Shown piece after piece: positions 25,869 through 32,000 of a DNA stretch of 32,000 nt (within the stretch, counting starts at the first letter, position 1; each line of letters begins with the position of its first letter). Origin of the DNA: Clostridiales bacterium (GTDB lineage: Bacteria; Bacillota; Clostridia; Caldicoprobacterales; DTU083); contig DUOI01000074.1 of NCBI GenBank assembly GCA_012838915.1, positions 60,099-92,098 on the forward strand. The letters run 5' to 3'. Below the pieces are notes generated by a model, which saw only the letters and a list, made by a program, of their open reading frames with translations, did no database searches and was not told the DNA's origin. The translations under genes were made by a program, and so were the position numbers.

Positions 25869-27389
25869 CTATTCCAGGCGTTTTCCAAGAGAATCAATTA
25901 TCACCGGCAGGTCGTCAATGGAATCTCGTATCTCCAAGAGAGTATTACTTAAGCGTTGAGTAATTTCTGCAAGGCCTTCATCAAATTCGGTTATAGTTTT
26001 CTTGGTTCCCTTTTCAACTACTTCAGCAAATTCTTTCATGGTTTCCTTCAGACCGCTGCTTAGTTCGCTAAGATGAAGAGAAATCTCTTTGGAAGCTATG
26101 TTCATATCCTTGGAATACTCCTCCATATTTTGAACCGCAATTTTATGGGAATTCGTCCAGGAATCCATAGAATTAAATACGGAGCCTTCCAACTTACTGA
26201 TCATTTCTTCTGAAATATCAGAAAACTTTTTTAAAGAATACTCCAATTTGTCTGAGGTATCACTCTGATACTTTTGAATCGAATCATATATCTCGTGTAT
26301 GGATTTTTTGTACTCCTCCTTAAGGCTCTGCTTCTCCTGTTTTATATTGTCCAGCATATCGCTGTTAAAAGTGACGATATCGTTTAAGGTCTGGGATAGA
26401 AGTCGTAAATCATCCAGGCTGACTGAAAGGCTTTGGCTGCAATTAGAAATATGTTCATGATAATTAGCAATAGAAGAAATAATAGCTTCTGAAGCATCAT
26501 TAATCTGTTTTTGTATTTCTGCGCCTCTTATAAGTTCCTCCATACAGGATTCTGTCCGCGATACATTCTGTAATTGTGTAATCGAAAGATTTTGAAAGGT
26601 TTCACCCAATTCCTGCAATTGGTTGCCCATCTTACTGTTCAGCCCTTCGAGAAAGGCGTCAACCAGCTGATTCATCCCATTTTGCTGCATATCTGCAATA
26701 TGTTGTGCATAATTAGCCAGCCTGTTGGTCATATTGTCTAAGGATGATATTATTCGCTCTAATTTTGTATATTCATGTGTTAGAGGGATTTTACGACGAA
26801 TTATTTTATTAATTTCATGAGCCAATGCATCTGCCTTATTGAACATGGACCGTATAATCCGATCAAATAAATATGAAAGGAAAATTGCAAACAAAGCAAC
26901 GATTGCTACTTCGCCTACAGCAGGATACAATATTTGAGTCAAATCTGCATCTGGATGAGCAGTAACAAAGCGTAGAAAAAAGCAAAAGAAAGCTGCTACC
27001 AGCCCTATGGTGGTTAAAAATGACGGCACCGAAACGGTTTTATTCCTTTTAGTCGGCACATCAACCAGAGAATACTTATTGAAATATTCATCCCAATGGG
27101 GTTGTATGGACCAGTTTTCAACATAATCAGCCCAAATTGGCTGCAAAAAAGACTTTTGCCCGGCATCGTTTATAAAATATTCCACTTGGGATCGATTTAT
27201 ATCGCTGGAATTATCCAGCTTGGACAGGAATTCGAAAAAATATTTCAATTCCTTTATTACAGGCTTCAGTAGTAAAACAGGATAACGAATAAAAAATATA
27301 ATCCATAATAGAAGCAGAAGACCTAAAGAAATTTCCAAGGAAAATGGTACTACTCTTGCAGAAAAAAACTCTATCAATTGCCCTGACAT
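25869..27389 (-). CDS. Hypothetical 3-TM membrane protein with a roughly 330-aa cytoplasmic coiled-coil tail (ExbB/MotA/ZorA-like topology)
   Basis: 506 aa. AAGGAGG lies 8 nt before the ATG at 27389. Hydrophobic segments are at about aa 15-42, 117-140 and 150-175. The remainder is Q/E/N/S/L-rich with heptad-like spacing. Confidence 0.7.
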   Translation of the reverse strand: MSGQLIEFFSARVVPFSLEISLGLLLLLWIIFFIRYPVLLLKPVIKELKYFFEFLSKLDNSSDINRSQVEYFINDAGQKSFLQPIWADYVENWSIQPHWDEYFNKYSLVDVPTKRNKTVSVPSFLTTIGLVAAFFCFFLRFVTAHPDADLTQILYPAVGEVAIVALFAIFLSYLFDRIIRSMFNKADALAHEINKIIRRKIPLTHEYTKLERIISSLDNMTNRLANYAQHIADMQQNGMNQLVDAFLEGLNSKMGNQLQELGETFQNLSITQLQNVSRTESCMEELIRGAEIQKQINDASEAIISSIANYHEHISNCSQSLSVSLDDLRLLSQTLNDIVTFNSDMLDNIKQEKQSLKEEYKKSIHEIYDSIQKYQSDTSDKLEYSLKKFSDISEEMISKLEGSVFNSMDSWTNSHKIAVQNMEEYSKDMNIASKEISLHLSELSSGLKETMKEFAEVVEKGTKKTITEFDEGLAEITQRLSNTLLEIRDSIDDLPVIIDSLGKRLE

Positions 27390-27411
27390 TTAGAAGACCT
27401 CCTTGAACCCT

Positions 27412-28257
27412 CTAATTTTCTATCCTATCGGCAGTTTCGCTCATATACTGCCAGGAATATCGTGGGAGCGGGTATCCGAGCCAGATTTCAACCGCTCTCA
27501 GACCCTGACCTATTAACATACCTATGCCGTCACAAGTTCTGCAGCCTTGTTCTTTTGCATACCGCAACATGGCAGTCTGCCTCGGATTATATACAATATC
27601 ACAGACTACCGTATGATTTGCCAACTTGAATCCCTTAATTGGATTGTTTTTTATATTCGGCCACATACCAAGGGTTGTGGTGTTTATAATGAAGTCGGCA
27701 TTCGGTGATATTTCTGATGATGCTTTAGCTGTTTTGCAACCCTTATAATAATTAATGACTTCAGCTAATCTTTCCGCTTTATGGAAAGTTCGGTTGACAA
27801 TTTGAATGGCAGCAGGCTCTTCTTTTGCAGTATACACTCCTACAGCTCTGGCCGCCCCACCGGCGCCGAGTATCACAACATTCTTTCCTTTAAATGAAAA
27901 ACCTGAATTCTTCAGAGACGAAATAAAGCCCTGCCCATCGGTGTTATATCCTATCATTTTCCCGTTTTCTATCTTTACAGTATTGACAGCTCCGATTATC
28001 TGAGCTTCCATATCCGTATAATCCAACAAAGAATAAACGCTTTCCTTATATGGAACGGTTATATTAAAACCTAAAAATCCTAAAGCCAAAAACCCGTTTA
28101 TTGCTGCTTCCACTTGACTGGGAACTATATCAAAGGCATGGTAAACCATATCCAATCCGAGTGATTTATAAAGACTGTTATGAAGCAATGGAGAAAGGCT
28201 ATGAGCCACCGGGTGTCCAATCAGACCAACTATCTTGGTTGCCGGTGTGATTTGCAT
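27412..28257 (-). CDS. aroE: Shikimate dehydrogenase
   Basis: 281 aa containing GLIGHPVAHSLSPLLHN, FNITVPYKE, NTDGQGF and the GAGGAARAV Rossmann motif. Confidence 0.92.
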   Translation of the reverse strand: MQITPATKIVGLIGHPVAHSLSPLLHNSLYKSLGLDMVYHAFDIVPSQVEAAINGFLALGFLGFNITVPYKESVYSLLDYTDMEAQIIGAVNTVKIENGKMIGYNTDGQGFISSLKNSGFSFKGKNVVILGAGGAARAVGVYTAKEEPAAIQIVNRTFHKAERLAEVINYYKGCKTAKASSEISPNADFIINTTTLGMWPNIKNNPIKGFKLANHTVVCDIVYNPRQTAMLRYAKEQGCRTCDGIGMLIGQGLRAVEIWLGYPLPRYSWQYMSETADRIEN

Positions 28258-28745
28258 ACATACCTCCTTCCCGCAACTAACTGTTCCATTAACCTGCTAA
28301 GTTTTGTTCCTATAAATTCCCTTTTATCAATAGGATCCACCAGAATGGTATATAAGCCTATTCGATTGCCCCCCAGAATATCCGTAAAAATTTGGTCACC
28401 GATAACCAATGTATTTTTAACACTAGCCCCCAGAGCAGACAAAGCACTTCGGAACGCACGAGGAAAGGGCTTGCCTCCAACAGGCGAAGAAATAACTCCT
28501 AAATCCAAAGCAAATTGTTTTACTTTTGATTGATTGCTGTTGGATAATAAACATATACGAAAGCCAATATCTTTGGCTATCAACGCCCAATTTTTGAGCT
28601 TAGGGGTGGTGATATAGCGATTCCAGGCAGTCATCGTATTATCAACATCAATAATAATATTCTGATATCCCTGATTCCACAGGGACATTAAATTGATATC
28701 AAAAATAGAACTATGTATCTGCCTGGGTTTTAACAAGCTGTGCAA
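28230..28745 (-). CDS. yqeG: YqeG-family HAD-IIIA phosphatase
   Basis: Contains IIIDVDNTMTAW (DxDxT), LLSNSN, GGKPFP and VIGDQIFTDILGGN. The TTG at 28745 lies 6 nt after AAAGGAAG and gives a YqeG-length N-terminus. The track start at 28793 lies inside the predicted promoter. The 3' end overlaps aroE by 28 nt. Confidence 0.8.
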   Translation of the reverse strand: MHSLLKPRQIHSSIFDINLMSLWNQGYQNIIIDVDNTMTAWNRYITTPKLKNWALIAKDIGFRICLLSNSNQSKVKQFALDLGVISSPVGGKPFPRAFRSALSALGASVKNTLVIGDQIFTDILGGNRIGLYTILVDPIDKREFIGTKLSRLMEQLVAGRRYVCKSHRQPR

Positions 28746-28775
28746 GATGATCTTCCTTTGCCAATTTATACATTT

Positions 28776-28804
28776 ATAATATAGAAATCTCAATGGCTTG
28801 TCAA
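28776..28804 (-). promoter_or_regulatory. Sigma-A type promoter upstream of yqeG-aroE and probably the whole downstream pilus block
   Basis: The minus strand has a perfect TTGACA (28804..28799), a 17-nt spacer and TATTAT (28781..28776). Confidence 0.5.
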
Positions 28805-28882
28805 TGGATTGAGTAAGCGTTATTGATAACTATTCCAGAAAATAATCAATAATTAAAAAATTGGATCTAAAGTCCGGTTTGA

Positions 28883-29617
28883 TTATTCGAACCCACTTAT
28901 ATTCTGGTTGCTTGAGACAATGAAATCAGGACTCATTTCCTTTGCCAGTTTCATTATCGCCCTCTTCTCAATTCTGGAAACATAGGATCGGGAAATACCC
29001 AATAGCTGAGCAATTTCCCTTTGGGTTCTGTTCTTGTCGTTATTGAGCCCATATCGCATCTCCAGAACTATCTGTTCCCTTTTTGTTAGAACGGATTGCA
29101 TTTTCTTACGTAGTTTTTTGGTTTGAAGCTTCAGTTCCACTTGGTCAGTTATCATTTCCGCATCAGTGCCTAATATATCAATCAAAGTGATTTCATTTCC
29201 TTCCTTGTCTATTCCTATGGGATCCTGGAGGGAAACTTCTCCTTTTGTTTTCTTGGAGGCTCGAATAGTCATTAAGATTTCGTTTTCAATACAACGGGCG
29301 GCATAGGTTGCCAATCTCGTTTTTTTTTCGGCATTATATGTGGAAATAGCCTTTATCAGCCCGATTGTACCTATGGAAATCAAATCATCCACCTCCTTAC
29401 CCGTGTTACAGTACTTCTTTACGATGTGTGCAACCAGCCTCAAGTTGTGTTCTATTAAAACGTTGCGAGAATCTTCACAGCCCTGAGCGTATCGTTTTAA
29501 ATGATAAGCCTCCTCCTCTGGATTCAAAGGCTGGGGAAAGGAATTATTTCCTGAAACATGCGCTAATATGAATAGGCATTTTGCCAAAATAAACAAGGTT
29601 CCGGTAATAGCCTCCAT
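28883..29617 (-). CDS. sigK: Sporulation sigma factor pro-sigma-K (uninterrupted)
   Basis: A hydrophobic pro-peptide (MEAITGTLFILAKCLFILAHV) is followed by NNSFPQPL, LIEHNLRLVAHIVKKY, DLISIGTIGLIKA, ATYAARCIENEILM and DPIGIDKEGNEITLIDILG. This is the SigK pattern rather than SigE. It has a GGAGGTG SD. Confidence 0.9.
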   Translation of the reverse strand: MEAITGTLFILAKCLFILAHVSGNNSFPQPLNPEEEAYHLKRYAQGCEDSRNVLIEHNLRLVAHIVKKYCNTGKEVDDLISIGTIGLIKAISTYNAEKKTRLATYAARCIENEILMTIRASKKTKGEVSLQDPIGIDKEGNEITLIDILGTDAEMITDQVELKLQTKKLRKKMQSVLTKREQIVLEMRYGLNNDKNRTQREIAQLLGISRSYVSRIEKRAIMKLAKEMSPDFIVSSNQNISGFE

Positions 29618-29648
29618 GATGTCACCTCCAAAGAATAAACCTGCCCTT

Positions 29649-29676
29649 TAATATATGAGGAAATTCTTTGAAATGT
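29649..29676 (-). promoter_or_regulatory. Candidate sigma-K/sigma-E type promoter of sigK
   Basis: The minus strand has AC (29676..29675), a 17-nt spacer and CATATATTA (29657..29649). This fits the sigma-K consensus AC-N17-CATAnnnTA and lies about 32 nt upstream of the ATG. Confidence 0.35.
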
Positions 29677-29703
29677 GCGGCTAAGGCTAAAAATTGGACA
29701 AAT

Positions 29704-31407
29704 TCAACTTTTAATATTCAACCAAATATCCCTTGCTATATCCTGAAAAATAGGAACTGCTGTTTCAACAGCCCCTCCTTCTTCCAAACTGAGCACTACG
29801 ATGATATATATTGGGTTATCCCTTGGAAAAAAACCGGCAAACCAACCATAGTTTGAACTTTTCAAATCACCGGAAACCTGAGGTGTACCGGTTTTGCCTG
29901 CTGTTCTCCCTACGATGGAATCCCTCATGTTTTTAGCAGTTCCATATTCTGTTACATCCCCCATCCAGTCCATCAATGCTGATGCGGTTTGTTGAGAAAT
30001 CACTCTGTGACCGGTTACTGATTCTTCCTGCTTGAAATCATATTTCGTAAAGTTCCCTTCTGGATCTACTAATCCATCAACAAGCTCTATGGGTTTACGT
30101 ATTCCACTATTTAAAATTGTAGCAATCATATCAGCTACCTGAAGAGGAGTAACCAGAATTGAACCTTGCCCGATTGCCAGATTTGCTATGCCTGATCCGA
30201 TGTATTCATCCTCTTCCATTAATCGACCTGCAGCATTGGGCAGTCCTATATCTATTGACCTGCCCAAGCCAAAACGTTTTGCTGTGCTAATTATTGTTTC
30301 GCCTCCAATCTCCTGAGCGAGTCGGATAAATGTATCATTGCAGGAATGCGCAAATGCCTCCCGTAAAGTTATGGTTCCCAGACCGCCTGTTGAAGCGTGA
30401 CAGGGCATCCAACGATTCCCCACCTGAATGCCTCCGCTGCAGGTAAAGGTTGTATTCCCGTTATAATACCCACTTTCAAGTGCTGCAGACGCCACTATGA
30501 TCTTAAAAACTGAACCTAGGGGATATTGTTCAAGGGGAATAGCAAGAAAGGATGAATCCATTCCATCCGTTTGCATTGCGATGGGATTATGCTGCTGATA
30601 TTGGGGTCGACTTGCCAATGCAAGAATACCCCCGGTAGCTGCATCAATTACTATGCCGCCGTGTCTGTGACCGGGGTATTTATCCAGTACCTGTTCCACT
30701 GTTTTTTGTATATTGTAGTCCAATGTGAGCTGTACATCGTACCACTTTCTTTCAGGTTCGTTTATCTGATACCCCAAGCTGAATATAGGTCGGTTTGCAG
30801 CATCAGAAAATACATTCACATAAGATTCCAAACCAGGATGCAGGTAGCTGCTGAATACCTTTTCGATTCCACTCATGGGTACATTATCCGACTTTCGCAA
30901 ATATCCGATTACATGCCTGGCTAGTGAATCATCATTGTACCGAATGTTTTCTTTGTAGCACAAAACACCATTAAACTGATTAGCTGCAACAGCCGCAAGC
31001 AGATCTTTATCCGGATTAATGACCGGCACATTGAATATTTCCATTGAATCACAGTTAAATTCCGTTTTATCTTTACCTGTCAAAGCTTTTATGACTTCAA
31101 AAGCCTTTTCATTGAAAGCAATAGTATGGGGAATAATTTTAAGTTTCCATATCTCTCCTGCCGAAGTAAAGGAAATACCGTTTCGATCCGTTATATTCCC
31201 GCTTTTTTCGTCCAGTACAATTTGGTCAATATGTTGATGCCTTACTCTGTTTGCATGCTCTTCTCCTTCCAGAATTTGAATGTAAAAAAGCCGCAAAGTA
31301 AGTAGAGCAAGCAAAAATGTAAACCAAGTGCCCAGCATTATAATACGTTTTTCTTTTTTTTTCCTGATTAATGCAGCTTTTCTTTTATCCATTCTGGATG
31401 TATGCAT
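29704..31407 (-). CDS. Class B penicillin-binding protein (PBP2/SpoVD-family transpeptidase, no PASTA domain)
   Basis: An N-terminal basic stretch plus a TM helix, then SxxK (GSVFK), SxN (HSCND) and KTG (GKTGTP). The ATG at 31407 lies 7 nt after AAAGG; the track start is 31422. Confidence 0.85.
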   Translation of the reverse strand: MHTSRMDKRKAALIRKKKEKRIIMLGTWFTFLLALLTLRLFYIQILEGEEHANRVRHQHIDQIVLDEKSGNITDRNGISFTSAGEIWKLKIIPHTIAFNEKAFEVIKALTGKDKTEFNCDSMEIFNVPVINPDKDLLAAVAANQFNGVLCYKENIRYNDDSLARHVIGYLRKSDNVPMSGIEKVFSSYLHPGLESYVNVFSDAANRPIFSLGYQINEPERKWYDVQLTLDYNIQKTVEQVLDKYPGHRHGGIVIDAATGGILALASRPQYQQHNPIAMQTDGMDSSFLAIPLEQYPLGSVFKIIVASAALESGYYNGNTTFTCSGGIQVGNRWMPCHASTGGLGTITLREAFAHSCNDTFIRLAQEIGGETIISTAKRFGLGRSIDIGLPNAAGRLMEEDEYIGSGIANLAIGQGSILVTPLQVADMIATILNSGIRKPIELVDGLVDPEGNFTKYDFKQEESVTGHRVISQQTASALMDWMGDVTEYGTAKNMRDSIVGRTAGKTGTPQVSGDLKSSNYGWFAGFFPRDNPIYIIVVLSLEEGGAVETAVPIFQDIARDIWLNIKS

Positions 31408-31524
31408 ACCGTTACCTTTCATTACTACATAATTGCAATCTTAGTTATGTTAACTTAAACGTTAATTCAGCTCGATTTCTTACCCTCTGGAGATTGCTTT
31501 TTTTTGAATATGAAGCCAAAAATT

Positions 31525-31580
31525 GAATAGATCCATGTATGGCTTACTATTTTGTTAGTATTCCCTGCATGGATCTATTC
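31525..31580 (-). repeat. Perfect 13-bp inverted repeat with a 30-nt spacer, downstream of the U32 gene. It could be a terminator-like hairpin or a protein binding site.
   Basis: GAATAGATCCATG (31525..31537) pairs with CATGGATCTATTC (31568..31580). On the minus strand the hairpin is followed by AATTTTTGG. The spacer contains a smaller TACTA/TAGTA stem. Confidence 0.4.
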
Positions 31581-31605
31581 TAATCTGCTTAAGCATATGT
31601 TTATG

Positions 31606-32000
31606 TTATGAGTTTCTCCTTCGTCTAAAAAGCGACCAGGGTTTCAAGCTTCCTTTAAAGGGCAGAAAAATCCTTTGTTGCGGATGAGGCGCTGATGTAA
31701 TGAGATTCTTTTCCTCATCATACATCTCTGCAACCTCATAATTCAAGTATTCTTCTCCCGGCTGTATTATTTCCAGCACATCTCCCTTCTTAAAATGGTT
31801 CCTCTGTTCAACCAGGATCATTCCACGGTCTTCCAGATTTTTCAGCAGAATGGCTACAAAGTCATAACCCCTTATATAACTACTGCTATTGTATTGTATG
31901 GAATCTTTATCGGGCTTTTTAAAATAGAAACCGGTGGTAAAGGGCCGATGGCTGGCTTTTTTCAGCTCATCCATACTTTTCCGATTAAAAAGGTAGCCCT
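31606..32000 (-). CDS. U32 family peptidase, C-terminal part (the gene continues past the window end)
   Basis: The frame stays open upstream of the listed Met to position 32000 (..GYLFNRKSMDEL..). HRPFTTGFYF and the FKKGDVLEIIQPG...MYDEEKNLITSAPHPQQ beta-barrel tail are typical of U32 C-termini. Confidence 0.7.
   Translation of the reverse strand, partial: GYLFNRKSMDELKKASHRPFTTGFYFKKPDKDSIQYNSSSYIRGYDFVAILLKNLEDRGMILVEQRNHFKKGDVLEIIQPGEEYLNYEVAEMYDEEKNLITSAPHPQQRIFLPFKGSLKPWSLFRRRRNS

Noticed and set aside
25869-27389. Reading the 506-aa coiled-coil membrane protein as a methyl-accepting chemotaxis protein
   Set aside because: It has no HAMP-like segment after the last TM helix and no conserved MCP signalling hairpin (the NLLALNAAIEAARAGE-type motif). 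Having three TM segments also does not fit the usual two-TM MCP layout.
11377-27389. Treating the pilus block as a horizontally acquired genomic or defence island
   Set aside because: No integrase, transposase, tRNA target or flanking direct repeats are visible. The genes are translationally coupled to aroK on one side and share a promoter with aroE on the other. I could not compute composition statistics, so this remains untested rather than disproved.
28746-28793. 16-codon N-terminal extension of yqeG starting at the TTG at 28793
   Set aside because: That start lies between the -35 and -10 of the predicted promoter. The TTG at 28745 has an SD and gives an N-terminus of the length seen in Bacillus YqeG.
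28883-29617. A skin-like element or other interruption of sigK
   Set aside because: The ORF is continuous from the pro-peptide through region 4 (GISRSYVSRIEKRA). No insertion is present.
900-31237. All plus-strand ORFs in the six-frame track (for example 900..1220, 1482..1907, 3755..4171, 10236..10565, 14667..15029, 22132..22683, 30571..30924)
   Set aside because: Each lies entirely antisense to a minus-strand gene with clear family motifs. Their translations are low-complexity and rich in Cys, Phe, Ser and Arg. None has a convincing SD or a recognisable motif. They are shadow ORFs.
1-32000. CRISPR arrays, tRNA/rRNA genes and tandem repeats
   Set aside because: Intergenic gaps are short, at most about 240 nt, and are accounted for by promoters, terminators or the frameshifted gene. 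I saw no regularly spaced direct repeats or cloverleaf-like sequences.

Overview
This looks like a low-GC Firmicutes chromosome segment from a Clostridia-type endospore former. All of the roughly 42 credible genes are on the minus strand. All family assignments below were made by eye from motifs; no searches were run.

In transcription order (high to low coordinates) the window holds:
- the C-terminal part of a U32 peptidase, a class B PBP, and an intact pro-sigma-K gene;
- yqeG-aroE behind a good sigma-A promoter;
- two uncharacterised genes: a 3-TM protein with a roughly 330-aa coiled-coil tail, and a 391-aa soluble protein;
- a type IV pilus block, pilB-pilT-pilC-pilM-pilN-pilO-pilD, ending in a terminator;
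- a second operon with three prepilin-type minor pilins, a 591-aa PilX-like protein and a second, divergent pilM-pilN-pilO set. It runs by overlapping stop/start codons into aroK, a frameshifted endonuclease-IV-like TIM-barrel gene, aroQ, an M24 Xaa-Pro peptidase, efp and a CD1247-like zinc-ribbon gene, and ends in tandem terminators;
- the eight-gene spoIIIAA-AH operon;
- asp23-amaP-DUF2273-nusB, and the first codons of a TsaD/Kae1-like gene.

I saw no rRNA, tRNA, CRISPR array, transposase or integrase.

The most unusual content is the two-gene module between aroE and pilB (24637-27389). Its membrane protein has an ExbB/MotA/ZorA-like topology plus a long cytoplasmic tail, but the window encodes no B-subunit partner.

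Other points of interest:
- duplicated PilMNO sets;
- no recognisable major pilin;
- a tandem MshEN-like c-di-GMP motif in PilB;
- a homopolymer frameshift at 10151-10157.
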